Shown: positions 49,123 to 61,898 of the stretch, piece after piece
Position numbering within the stretch: position 1 is the first letter of the stretch
Layout: every line of letters starts with the position of its first letter
Assembly: GCA_010356995.1 (NCBI GenBank)
Contig: ML996688.1
Location: 1,586,579 to 1,650,578 of the forward strand
Direction of reading: 5' to 3'
DNA length: 64,000 nt
Source: Trichodelitschia bisporula
Lineage: Eukaryota
Position numbers and translations under genes: made by a program
The notes under the pieces: generated by a model
Told to the model about the DNA's origin: nothing
The model's input: the letters and a program-made list of their open reading frames with translations, nothing else
Databases searched by the model: none

Positions 49123-49442
49123 CTCCAGATTTATGTAATGCGGGACGAAGAAGCGTTTTGGTTGCTTTCATTCGTGGCTTGCTTTTGTTCTTTGTCTTCT
49201 TCACGGATGATTTGTGGATTTCGAACCTTCCCATGAGTGCGCGCGGAGGATGTGAATGTGACGGCTGTATCTTTCTCTCTAGTCTAATGAAGAGATGTCG
49301 TTAGAAACTGAGATGGTTTGGTCGAGCCGACGTCGCATATGCTTATATAAGCTGTCGATCCATGTGCTCCTTCCATCATGCAGAACAGCAGTCCAACATC
49401 AACTCTCATCTCAAACTGCAACCATCTTGCGAATTCCTCAAA

Positions 49443-50090
49443 ATGGGCCTTTCAACAGCCCAACTTGAGAACAGATTCGTTCTTCTGGACAGAATCGCTC
49501 TACCCGGCATTCTCGCCTCCCCCAACGAGGCTACGGGCAGGCCTCAGCTCAAGGTCCACGAAGGCCTTCAACCTCTGGACTGGCCGGTTTGGTCGGCATA
49601 TGTCCGTTACGAACTCGACGTTTTCAACATGTGGGAGTATCTGTCGACTATAAAAAAGGACGAGGTGGCTTTGTTCCAGGGTTCAAATAAGGAACGACAG
49701 TTGGATCGCAGGCTGAAGTTATGGCTGGCTTCCAAGTGTACCCCTACCGCTATGCTTGAGATTGAAGGATTTGCGGAGCAGGTACCGGAAAATCGTAACT
49801 CCTTCACCAGCAAGGTCAAAGCCGGATGGATCGGTTCGGCGCCGCATTGGTGGAAGATGGCGGAGTTGTGGGCTGAGAGTCACAAGGCTGAGATTCAGGC
49901 TGAGAGCGTGAAAGAGGAGAAGAGCGGCCCGAAGGGCGTGGAAGGGGAGAAGGGAAGACTGAAGGAAGATAGTACAGGAGAACGGACCGAGGAAAGTGTA
50001 GGAGACGATACGAAGGGGAGTTCGAAGGTAAAATCACCAGAGACTTTGAGGGCTGAAGCGTGGAGAGCGCGGTACGGGCTCCCGTATTGA
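49443..50090 (+). CDS. Orphan paralogue family member E (215 aa)
   Basis: TATATAA near 49344. IALPGILASPNE..DWPVWSAYVRYELDVFNMWEYL..LDRRLKLWLASKCTPTAMLEIEGFA..WIGSAPHWWKMAELWA; charged tail. Confidence 0.75.
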   Translation: MGLSTAQLENRFVLLDRIALPGILASPNEATGRPQLKVHEGLQPLDWPVWSAYVRYELDVFNMWEYLSTIKKDEVALFQGSNKERQLDRRLKLWLASKCTPTAMLEIEGFAEQVPENRNSFTSKVKAGWIGSAPHWWKMAELWAESHKAEIQAESVKEEKSGPKGVEGEKGRLKEDSTGERTEESVGDDTKGSSKVKSPETLRAEAWRARYGLPY

Positions 50091-51057
50091 AGTCCACTTG
50101 GTATAAGGCGAAGAGGGATATCCAAATTGATCTTGGGCTTTGTATTTAGCTTGGAGTACGCTCGTTGGCTCGATACACTGAGATGAATGTCATAATCAGC
50201 GAGAAAGCATCACATGCTGCTACGCCCCGGATATGTGCCAGAACCGTGGGACACAGTTTCTACCGGTTGCACAGAGTAACGGGAACTTAGCTAAGACACG
50301 TGCAGTGGCAACAAGTACAGACTGAAAGCATTGTAAAAGACGAAGGACAGAAGAGAGGGGAGAGTGGCAGGGCCGCTCGTATCCAAATACACTTGTTGTC
50401 CTGTCCCTGGGTTTCCTTCCATTACTCCCCACAGCCACTTCCCGGTTTAGGATACTCCTTCCAAGAGTACGGCTGCTCCTTTCCTGAGGACACATCAGAG
50501 AGCTTCGAGGATGATATAGTTAATCGCCTACTCGAAGCTTTCGTCTCTAACTAAGTGATCTTCGAGCCCCTGACCTGTCCGATTCTATATGTTGGAGCCA
50601 AGCGTTCACAGTTCAGTTCATCAGCGGCATCAAGTCCAGAAACGAATACCAAGCGAGCAGAGCAGCTTGCATGCTATTCAAGGCCTAGGTACAGTCGCAT
50701 CTTCCACTCCTAGGCGCCAGTTTCGAAAACTCCCCACCTCAGCTCTAAGCAATGTGCCCGAAATTATTGTAAAACACATGCCGCGATCCACTGTGCAGGA
50801 GACATAATCAAGGACAAGGAGGAAATAATAAACTGAAAAAACTGAAAAAACCCGCAAAGACCGACCACACGCCGTGAAAAGATTTCTGCAACCCATTCCG
50901 AATTTCGCCCATACTCGCCACGCCCCCGTTATGATCTTTTAGTTTCCCATGTCATAGAGTACCCCATCCCATTTCGCGAAGTTCATGATTCACACCGGAA
51001 GATGTTTACTTGGCTATGCGGGCAAATGTCAGCGTCATTCTTGATATCAGCGAATAA

Positions 51058-54000
51058 CTAACCTTGAGCAAGTGGAGTTCCAGCGCTGGACACAGGAGCC
51101 GTAGACTGGCCATCGCGAGTAGAAGACCCCCCGTCATCGAAGCCTTGGAGTTCAGGGTAATTCTCCGTCTCCTCGCGGAGGCGCTTCAGCGTTATTTGCT
51201 CCGGAACGTTAGCACAAGATCATACATGAGATTTTTAGCATTTACCTCAATCAGGTTAGCATCCTTGTAGAGAATACTACCGTCCTCGTTGAAGGTACGA
51301 CAGTTATTGCACAGGAGGCCAATGTCAGTCCGGAACTGATAGAGGTTCTGGTACTCCTTCTTGTTGATCTTCTTCTGGATCTGCTTCATGCAAATCGGGT
51401 TCGTGATAATGACGTAATACTCAGGGTAATCATTCTTGTCAGGAAGATCCAAGAAAGGATCAATGATACCACGGTTCGCAAGATCGGGATCCGTAGACTC
51501 CTCCTCCAGATCCAGAAGCGCATCATAGACAGCGTTCAGAATCTTCTGAAGGATTGCACGGTTCGCCGGCGTGAGAGTATCCTTAGCATTGCCTGGACGA
51601 CCACGCTTCTTCGGGGGCGGAGCAACGTCAGCATCAAGCCCCGCCTCCTCAGCCTTGCGCTTCTCGGCCTTGGGCTTGCGGCCCCGCTTCTTAGGCATAG
51701 GCGACTCAGAGCTGTCGCGCGACGGACGCGGCGATTCCGCGATGATCTGGTCGGTGCGCGTTTTCTTGTCGCGGTTCTTCTCGCGGCGGCCCTGCTTGGC
51801 CTCCTTGCGGGCAATGGCCTCCTCGATGGTATCTTCGTCGTTGTCGACAGCATCGAGCCACTGCTCCTCAGTGAGGCCGTCGTCGTAACGAACGCGCGTC
51901 CGCTCGCGAGCACCACGACCGACGGGCTCTTCCACCTCTTCCACGACAGGGTTGTCCTCCATCAAGTAGAGCTCTGGCAATTCTTCGTCGCAGAGCAGGC
52001 GCGGGTACTTCTTGCCAGGTCCATACTTGGCGTTCGTGATGCGATCTTGATCCATCTGCTGGAAGAGCTTGAGTTCGTCCTCGGAACGCATCATGATCAC
52101 GTTGAGATCATCATCGTCCTGCTCTTCCTGTTCCAGGGTCTCCGCCGCTTCAGCAGACTCCAACATGACCCTCAACATGGCATCACGCTCTTCGTTTGTC
52201 GACTTGTTATCGAATTTACCGGCCTGAATAACCTTGCCATCCATGTCGAGCTTGAAGTTCGCGCGCTCGAGAATCTTCTCTTCAACTGAGTTGGTGGTGA
52301 TCAAGCGCAGAATGCGGACTTCGTTCTTCTGACCGATACGATGTGCACGATCCTGGGCCTGCAAATCTTGATGAGGATTCCAGTCGGAGTCGTAAATGAT
52401 GACAGTATCCGCAGTTTGAAGATTGAGACCCAAGCCACCAGCACGAGTGGAGAGCAAGAAGCAGAAGTACTCCGAGTTCGGAGCATTGAACAGCCTGAGC
52501 AGCTCAGAACGATCGTCTGCTTTCGTCGACCCATCCAGCCGAAGGTACTTGATGTTACGAAGGCGCAAGAAATCTTCCATGATGTTCATAATCTGCGTCA
52601 TCTGGAAGAACATGAGGACACGATGGTTGGTGGCCTGGAACTTGGGAAGGATCCGGTCAAGAAGTTCGAACTTGCCGGAGGTGCGCCACAAGAGGTCGTT
52701 GGTGCTCCGGGTGGGGTTCATCTGATCTTCGACCTCTTCGAACACGAAGGGATGGTTGCAAAGCTTGCGTAACTGCATAAGCATGTTGCTCAACCCACGC
52801 AGACCGGTCTTGCCTCCCTTGCCGTCGCTGACGGTGAGGCGGTTGTGGTTGACCAGCTGTTTGTACAGTCTAGCCTGCAGAGCAGAGAAGCTGCACTTGA
52901 TAACGCGCTCAGTCTTGTCAGGAAGATCCTTCTCGACATCCCTCTTGAGGCGACGGAGCAAGAATGGCCGAAGAACCTTATGAAGACGACGAATGACGAG
53001 CAACTGCTCTTCTTCAGTGAGCTCCATCTTGTCTTGTCCACCGGTATTGGCAAAGGGCGTGTTGAACCACTCGTCAAAAGACTTGACGGACTTGAAGATG
53101 TTCGGGAGAACGAAATTGAGAAGCGCCCACAGCTCAGGCAGGTTGTTCTGCAGCGGCGTACCAGTCAAGATAAGACGGTAGCGAGTGTTGTAGTACTGCG
53201 TGATGGTGCTGCTCAACTTGGAGCCGGCATTCTTCATGCGGTGACCTTCATCGACGATCATGTGGACCCACTTGATCTTGCTGAGAATCGGGCGATCCTT
53301 GATGACGAATTCATACGTTGTAAGTAGGACCTGGAACGAACCATAGCGAATCTGGTTCTGCTGCTGCTTGCGCTGGTTCGGCGGGCCCTTGTAAACAATC
53401 TTCTGCACGCTCGGCGCCCACTTATCAAACTCACTATTCCAGTTCGTCAAGGTGCTGAGAGGAACAATGACCAGGAAGGGGCCATGTTCCTGCTTCTCCG
53501 CAATGAGATAGGTGATTAAGCTGATGGTCTGAATAGTCTTTCCGAGACCCATTTCGTCGGCCAAGATACCATTCAGGTTGTTGTTGTACAGCGAAATCAT
53601 CCACTGAAGACCCTTGAGCTGGTATTCCTTGAGAGTACCGCCAACGAGATTGTCAGACTGCTTATAGATTTCCTCCTTTTTGCGATGCGCGACTTCGTAG
53701 TAGTCAACGCGACGAGCGCGACGCTCTTCGTCATCTTCATCCTCATCGTAGGAATCGCTCTCGTCGGAGGACTCGTCAACCGTATCCCTACCACCGTACC
53801 GCTTGACAGCGCTGCGCTGTTGCTCGCGAACGGAGGCCGCAAGTTGGTTCAAGAAGCCATCGGTTTGCTTGAGCAAGTGGGAGATACGCGTATCCTTTGC
53901 TTGACCGAGCAGCTTCAGGTAGGTCTCTTCATCGTTGGCCTTCAAAGCCTGAAGACGCTGCCTAGCCGTGCGCTCGACACGCTTCTGCTCTTCCTTCTCG

Positions 54001-55407
54001 AGATGGTTGTGCTGAGCCATGGCAAGGCGACCAAGCTTTTGAGCCCGCTGTTGTTTAGCATGGGCCTCTTGACGAATCTCCTCTCCGTGTTTGATGACAG
54101 AGTTGAGGAAGTCGGTATGTTTCTTCTTCTCCTGAGACTCCCGAGCATCGCGCTGCTGCTTCTCCAGTTTCTCAGTGACGCGTGCTTCACGGAACGACAT
54201 CTTTTTCACGCGACGGTATTGCGCCCGGTTCGATGTGATAGCCAAGTTGTCCGCGTTGAGCATTTCGCGGCTCAGGTGTTGGCGCAACTGGCGCTGCTTC
54301 TGAAGGAGGCAGAGCTGCTTGTATTCAATCAGGGCCTTACGCTTGATCGAGTCATCCGGGTCCTTGAAGAGTATGCTACGGGCGTTCCAGGTGGCGATAT
54401 TGGCATGTGTCTGTTCGAGCTCCTGCTTCCGCGCCATGATACGATTGTACGCAATCATCTCGCGTTCTTCCTGCATCCGCTTGACATCGATTCCTTGAGG
54501 AATTATGCTCGGAATCTGTGGGCGAAGGATGCGAAGAGCATGATCACTGTAGCCTATTTCGCGCCTCACGTGCGAGTAGGGGTCGGTGAAGGACTTGAGA
54601 TATTCATGTGCAGCAGTACGCTTCGATGGTTCGGAGGAGGGCTCCACGCTCGCCGATTCCTTCACAGGTGGAGCATTCTCGATGCCATGTTCCTCAGTAG
54701 CCAGGACTTGCTTCGTCATGCTCGCCTGTTTGGCCTGAGAGAAAGTGTGCAGTGTTTGCTGGATTGACGCAGGCAACGGCAAGTTCCTAGTGAGTTGGCG
54801 AAACGCACCCAACTGGATTTTAAACAATGCAAGCTGTTCCTTGGTGAATGAGGAAGCAGGAGCCTTTTGACCAGAGGGGGCCATCTTGCTACGAGGAGAA
54901 GGGCCCGCAGCAACGGATGGAGCAGCCGAGCCGTTTGTCGCGGCTGTAGGCAGGTTCTCGGATCCAGACGCGGATGGCATTACAGTGCCGTTGGTCAGAG
55001 TTTGCGGAGCAACACCGTTCGCTTGATGCTGTTCTGGCAGCTGGACCTGCAACTGAGCCTGTTGCATGTTATCCTGCTGCTGACCTTGCTGGTGTGCAAG
55101 AGCTTGCTGCTGCTGCTGTTGCATCATCTTCTGCTTCTGCCACTGATTTTGCTGGTGGACAGCTTGGAGGAGGTTGCGGGCCTTGATGAATTCCGGGTCA
55201 TCTTCACGGACATTCTGAGTCTTCATCTGTTGGTACTTCTAGATATGGATGTCAGTCACTGGATACGAGACAGCGGGTGGTGGAAGGGAAAGATATGTGG
55301 GGGAGATATACAATGTATGTTTGTTTGACCATGTCCCTGGTGAGATTTGGTGGAATCACGCCTGAAGCCTGCGCCTGGATGTGGCCAGGCTGCTGAAGAG
55401 TCGCCAT
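51058..55407 (-). CDS. STH1: SWI/SNF-RSC chromatin-remodelling ATPase (Sth1/Snf21/Snf2): QLQ, HSA, SNF2_N, helicase C, SnAC, bromodomain
   Basis: GILADEMGLGKTIQTI, DEGH, LTGTPLQN, STRAGGLGLN, QAQDRAHRIGQ, bromodomain DYPEYY..NCRTFNEDGS. Introns 55239-55311 and 51199-51245. Confidence 0.95.
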
Positions 55408-56648
55408 GGTGGTGTCAGGCAAAACTCAACGCGCGAAGGCGATGAGGGGAGATGCGCCCGGCGCGGAGAAGGCGACAATCGCAAGACCGCGACCGCGACT
55501 GCGCCGTGACGGCTCCAGATCGGACGTGTCCAATGCCCAAGGGGTTGTGCTGATGCCTCCGCCGGATCAGGCGTACAGCGAAACGGCGCGTTGATGGCCA
55601 AGCGATGGCAGAGGAGATAGAGGGGGTGCTGTATTTGATGGAGCGGGATGGAGGGAGGCTCGAGGCGGACTTGCGCGGTGCCAAACGGAGATGGACGGGC
55701 GGTGCGCAAGTTGAAAAGAGCGTGGAATAGTTGGGGCGAACCTCGCACGCGATTACGCGTGGTGGGGTTGAAAGAAAAACGATATTGAGAATGTTGCGCG
55801 TTGGGGTGGATGGCTTCACGTCGGAGATAAACTTTGGTGATGCCGTGCGGTCGTCGCCTGTGGGTTACTTGGGGGGGGGGGGGGGGTGCTCTCCGGGCGA
55901 CGGGGCAAGTTTGAGCAGTGCAGCAAAGAAGACTGGGCGAAGGAGACGAACGGGCGAGTGAAGGGGGAGAGCTGAGCGAGCGAAAGAGAACCCGTGCGCT
56001 CCGAGTCACGGGAATTCGCTTGGCAAGGAGACGGAGGCCGCCCCACCGCCACTCGGCAAAATGATTCGCCGATGTTTTGATGCCAAGAAAAGCCAAAAAC
56101 CCCTTCCCGCGTTCGCGCTTGTCTGCTTTTGGTGCCTGTCAAAAAGAGAGACGCGACGGTTGCCAAGACCGGGAAGACCGTTGTTGTGCTTCATCAACAC
56201 CCCGCTTCTCAACAGCCTTGCGTGCAGCTAGCCCCCCATGTGATTCCATGCACGTCATCAGCCTTGTATACGACCAGCCACGTCCATAACATCCTCTAAA
56301 AACACCCCTGATCTACCTAGATTCCCACAAGATGATAGTCCCTCAGAAGTAGAGTTGTACGCCCGAAAATCAATCATTGCAGCATAAAAATGAGGGGAAA
56401 AGGGACAACACAAGACGCTTCTCAAATCATCGCATTCCCGTCAAAGCAGGATATTAGCTGGCAAACAACCGAAGTACCAGCAACCCGCTTTTCCCCGACA
56501 TCCAAGCGCTGGAATGCGCGACAAAACCCATCCGACTCCACCCATACTCCGCCCATACTCCATCACACCTTCCACCACGATAGAGTACAGCAATGCAGCA
56601 CGTAATTCATGTCTCGAACTTGCATGCGCATCTCCCCACATCAATCCC

Positions 56649-58124
56649 CTATCTCGTCTGCGTGAAGTCCGTATTGTTGAGGGTGCTGCGCTTCATTGGG
56701 GGAGGCGGAGCTGGCTTCTTTGCGCGCGACGGGGGCGGTGGAGGAGCCTTCCTACGTCCGTCTGTTGATACATTGTCCGCCGTAGACCAGCTTGCCGTCC
56801 TAGATGAACCTCCGTAGGAAGTGGTGGGCGAGTCGACTCTGTCGTTGGCATTGGAGAATCGATCCCCACTTCCACCATCTTGACCGTAATCGTCCACAGG
56901 CCTCACAGGGCGCAGCGCGGTCCTGTTGGCCATGATGGTTGACGGTTCAGTAGGAATACGTCCCAGTCTCGTGGTGCCTATAGGGGAGTAATCGCGGGGG
57001 GTGGAAACCTCCGTAACCGAGCGGTTGAACTGGGGACGACCGTCAGGAGGGTCACGCCGACCAGATGGAGAACCAGAGCGCGGTGCCAGCTTGGGAATCG
57101 TAAGCTTCGCGACCGGGGCCGGCTCCTCTTCGACAGGGTTGAAGCGATCGGCATACGAGTGAGCCGTGTTGGAGCGCGATCTACCTACCGGTACTTTGCG
57201 CCCATCGCGGCTCTCGGCCCGTCTGAGACAGTTAGCAGAGCCCCACCCTGTAAAAAGCAAAGAGACAGCCTTACCCGTACGCGCCCGGCCAGTCACGCTT
57301 CAACTGCAGCAGAACCTCGCGACAGTTGTCGTAGTAGGCAAGCTCCGCATCCAGAAAAGCAGTCATGTCCCCGACAGAGTCGACTTCAGCCTCCTGAATG
57401 TCCATCATACGACGGAAGACATCTTCGCTCGACTCCTCGTATTTGGCCTTTTGAGCGCGCAGCTCCTCTTCAACCCGGAAGTCTTCCTTCTTCGCCTTCT
57501 GCATCTTGGCGAGCGACGCATCATATGCAAGCCGTCTAGCTTCAAGCTTTTTGCGGGCCGCCTAGCTCCCTGTCAGCACTAGCAACTTCGGTGGGAAGGT
57601 GCACCGTACTTGATACTCCTTCATCTGCGCCAAAGACCGCTCAAGTGATTCCAGCCAGCTCGTTGTCGCATGTGCAACGTATGATTCTTGCTTCCGAGCA
57701 ATGGCTTCATTTGCACGACCAAAGCCTAAGCGCGAGTCAGTCGCCGCCGGGTTAGAGCGATGGGATATGACGTACTTATCAGGCAGTTGCCAAACTCCGA
57801 ATCGGGCTGGAAGTCCTGACCATGGCTAATCATGGTCGATCCAAGAAACCCTACCGGGAGGATCTTCTCGGCGCCTTCTTCAGCGCGCTTCGAGATGGCT
57901 TTGACATAGACGGTCATCGCCTTCTGCAGCTTTTCCATGCCTGCTTGACGTCAGCGAGAAGCGTCTCCTAGCATTGATGCTTGTGGAGAAGCCATACCCT
58001 CATGGCGCAGATTCATCTCCGCCTCGAGCGCTTTGAAGTCCTCTGAGGTGTTTGTCTTGGCTTCCCCGCCCATCTTCTCGCCAGCCCATTGCTTGAAGCG
58101 ATCGAGTTTCTTGTTGACGTTCAT
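56649..58124 (-). CDS. N-BAR domain protein (endophilin/Mug137-like) with Pro-rich C-terminus; multi-exon
   Basis: MNVNKKLDRFKQWAGEKMGGEAKT..DFKALE, HGQDFQPDSEFGNCL, RKKLEARRLAYDA, EEELRAQKAKYEES; C-terminal KAPPPPPSRAKKPAPPPP. Confidence 0.85.
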
Positions 58125-58173
58125 GGTGAATGGTTGCGCAGAGCGAGAGTTGTGGTAACCGCGCGGTTTACCG

Positions 58174-58220
58174 AGGTGTGAGGTGTGAGGTGTGAGGTGC
58201 GAGGTGTGAGGTGTGAGGTG
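58174..58220. repeat. (AGGTGTG)n heptamer microsatellite upstream of the BAR gene
   Basis: About 6.5 copies: aggtgtg aggtgtg aggtgtg aggtgcg aggtgtg aggtgtg aggtg. Confidence 0.9.
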
Positions 58221-58359
58221 GGTGGTGGTGGGGTAGGGAGGCGTTATCTCTCAACCGAGCTCTCGATGCGTTGGGCGCAAGGTAGGAATGTGTCAGTAGC
58301 GTTGTGTGGGGTAATAATAAGATCTTGAGGAATACGATGCGGGGCGCAGAGAGGTGAGT

Positions 58360-58395
58360 GAATGCTGAGAATACTGAGAATGCTGAGAATGCTGA
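58360..58395. repeat. (GAATGCTGA)x4 nonamer repeat
   Basis: gaatgctga gaatactga gaatgctga gaatgctga. Confidence 0.85.
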
Positions 58396-59106
58396 CGGTG
58401 ACGGAGTGCGGCGGATGGACGATACTCCGCTTAGTGGTCGCGGTACAAGAAGGGGAGGCGGATTATGTTTCAACTCTCTCTCAGACTCGTAGCTGTGGTC
58501 ATATAGGGTGGTCGGGCAACGCGCCATTGGCTTGTGGCCTTCTGAATCTGGGGGCAACCTGCCGCGAAACCCCGCTGGCTCTGCTTGCCAAGCGGCCAGG
58601 TCAACTAATCAATCCTGGTCAAGCATCTCGCCCTGCTCTCACATCTTACACCAATCCCGCATCTGCACAGCGCTTGACCAGCGAATGGAATATATTGCAA
58701 GGCAATTTGGTCACACACAACGATGTCTGCGAACCCTATTTCCCCCATGACGGCGGTGGCAGACGCTGTAACACCGTAGCTAGCACACAGCCGTGTATCC
58801 TCTTTGGTGACGGCTTAAAATTAGGTTCGACTTTGCCTGGTTGTATGGGTCGCCCCTCACTTCCCAGCTCGTGCTCTTTGGGGATCTCCTAAGGTAGACC
58901 AAGCAATATGTTCCATCATTTCACTTGCCGCTTTTGGGGAATAGTTATGGTTCAATCATGGTCCGAATGCTTTTCTAAAACTGGAAAACACACTCGTAAC
59001 CTTCCAGACGCCAGTAGCCTGCCTCTACGAAATGGGTCATTTCTCCGACCACCCGTAGACAGACAAAGCTTGATAGCCGAGATGCACCCCATAAACACAA
59101 CCCCGC

Positions 59107-60200
59107 TTAGTCCTTCGTCTTCTGCGTACCACGGAGCAGACCAGTCCGACGGGCAGCGATGAGACCCGCCTTTTGACCTTGTGCCGCGTACCGGGAGATC
59201 GTGGAGGCCTTGCCGATATGCTGGTGGTTACCACCACCGTGAGGATGGTCGACGGGGTTCATGGCAACACCGCGAGTCTTGGGCCACGAGTTGCGCTTGA
59301 CGGCGAACTTATGCTTGGCACGCGAAGCCTCTGTAGAGTTGTTAGCGGTTGCATCAGCCGCACTGAAAGACATGAACATACTCAGGAGGGGCTTGTCAGT
59401 ACGACCACCGCCGGCAACGATGCCGACCATGCCGCGGACAGAGCTCCTGACGACCTTCTTGGCACCGCTAGGAAGCTTGATGCGGGTCTTGCCCTCATCC
59501 GGGTTGTGGCCGATGACGGTGACGTAGTTGCCGCTGGTGCGACCGAGCTGGAATTGTCAGCGTGGTCCGTGAGACCCAAGGTGTTCCCTTACAGCGCCGC
59601 GGTCCCCGATCTTCTCCTCCACGTTGCTCACAACGGTACCCTCGGGGCACTCGCCGACGGGCAGGATATTACCGACGTTGAGAGCCGCCTTCTTGCCAGC
59701 GTAGATAAACTGGCCAGTGTACATGCCCTCGTTGCTTTTGTTGGTCAGCCCTGTACTTGTACTATTTCAGGCGTTTCGGGTATCCTTACGCAATGAAGGT
59801 CTCGGTGCGGAGCTTGTAGCGGTAGGGATCGCGGAAGACGACCTTCGCCAGAGGGGCACCACGGCCGGGATCGTGGATGATGTCCTTCACGACTCCACGG
59901 ACGTAGCCATGGCGCTCAGCGTAATCGACCGACCGGAACTTGGCGGGGGCCTTGTTCAGACTAAAAACAATGAGTCCAAAGTCCGGGATTGCACAGTGCG
60001 AGTTTGCTCACCGAGTGTGGGCAGTGAAAATGGAGCCGCGGCCCTTCCTCTGATTCCTGTAGGGAATATTAGCATGCTGCGTAAAGCGACAGTTGAGCGA
60101 GTGCGTTGTACCTAATAACCCGACCCTATGTCAATGTTAGCACCAATTCATAAGTCGCATGCGAAGTCAATTGTTCGCATCCGTGTAAGTAACTCACCAT
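59107..60200 (-). CDS. RPL2: 60S ribosomal protein uL2 (L2/L8), 7 exons
   Basis: [64 protein letters not shown]. Introns 60126-60197, 60057-60111, 59961-60011, 59735-59789, 59548-59592, 59331-59381. Confidence 0.97.
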
Positions 60201-61898
60201 CTTGACCGTGTGCTGTGGTCAAAGTCGTCGCCGAGTTGAACTTGTAGTTGGAGATTTCAACGGAGGACCGATGGCTGCGTGGATGGGGATGGTGGCCGGT
60301 GCGCCGATTAACCGAGCTCACGTGCCAATCAGGCCGCACTAGGCCCGCAAAGCTTGGCATTTCCTTCCGCCAACTTGAGTCTGGCGGATCGTGAACCTCT
60401 CTTGATTCCCCGTTGTCTATCGTCTCGTCGCACTGCTCTACATGCTTTCTCGTCAAGCTTAGGAGCCCTTCGCTTTTTCAGACGGTTCTCTCCGAAGCCA
60501 TGTACCGTTTTCTAAGATCGCGTCATGCAGTATAATTGGATATTCACCACATCTCTCTTTCTTCTTGAAGCTTTCCGGATGCCCTTTCCAACATATCTCG
60601 CATCCCGGAAGCTTATGCGGGCTGGGGTCCACGACTGGGAGGGTGCATTTGTTTACCGTATCCGTTGTTGAAGATACCAGCTAGGAGTCCCAGCTTGCCC
60701 GTCCTAGAACCTGAATCTGAACAATCAACCCACTTCACTGCTCCCGTCTGAAAGAAGGGAAGGCGAGATTGTTTATCGACTTCATTTGTCCAAGGGTTCC
60801 TCATGCTAGATCATTCCTCTACATTCAGATAAGCAGGGGCTGCTCTTTCCCATTCAGTAACAGAGGTCTTCCTCCGTCTCAGTCATCCACTTTCCTTGTA
60901 TCTCTGCTGTTTGCATCTGGCTAACACGCCTTCCAGTCTATCAACACTGGTAACAAAGCGTCTGATGCCAAACGCTGCATATACGCTCGGTACAACCTGC
61001 CACCGGTCCTTCGCAACGAACAGTTGGTAGAGCTGGATTATGTCACTCCGGTACTCCGCGTTTTGCGTCACGTCCGCCAGTACCTCACATTGTGCACTTG
61101 CATGCTGCTCAGGTGCTTCAGAACGCAGCAGCATGAACGGTGCCAAGCATCCCGCGCTGGCCTACGTCTGAGTTGTCAACTCCCGAGTACTCTCCTCGCC
61201 GCATTCTTGGAGACATGCCGAAGGCCACTCACTTTATCCCACAGTACGGCTGTAACGCAGCTGGAGTCAGTAGAGAGTTGCCCACTGTCCTTGCCTTACG
61301 GCGCGTCTGGATAGGATTGCAAGTGCTTGACCTTAGATTCTCCCTCCGATTTCGGACGAAACTTGGCATTTGTCCTTAATCATCCCACTTTGGAACTCTG
61401 GGGCAGAGCGAGCGGTACCGTTACAAATTTGGCACCAAAAATGTGGAAAGTCACTCTGGACGGTATCGCATGCGGACAGTGGCCTAGTAATCTGGATTCA
61501 GAAGTGGAGATGGAGATGGGAGGGGTAGCGTTGCTGCAAAAGCAATTGGGCACATTGGACGCGACGATGAGGATGGCAGTTGAGAGATGATCCTTCACCG
61601 GCGCGCGGGTCCGAGAAGCTTCGGAACTCGTGTCTCTGAGGCAGCCCAACTTTTCTCCTGTTGTCGCTATCCAATAAAAGGACTGTTCTTATGACGAGAT
61701 AACATTGCCGTATGCCGAGTGATCCCTTCCAGATGTGCCCAAAATTACGCCGGTGACCCAATTCTGATTTGTGCGCCGCGCGCCGACTGAGCTGTTCTCC
61801 GCAAGCCGCACCTACCTTCCAAGTCGCACTTGCACCTCCCCCATCTTCCACCACACGCGCAACTCCACCCTTCCCCAACATCCAAGTTTACACCAACC

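Noticed and set aside
44500..50600. Intact LTR retrotransposon
   Set aside because: I saw no LTR pair, primer-binding site, polypurine tract or pol motifs; only Gag-like short ORFs are present.
55871..55886. Poly-G run upstream of STH1
   Set aside because: Simple homopolymer; similar runs occur at about 34550 and 47910 with no further evidence of function.
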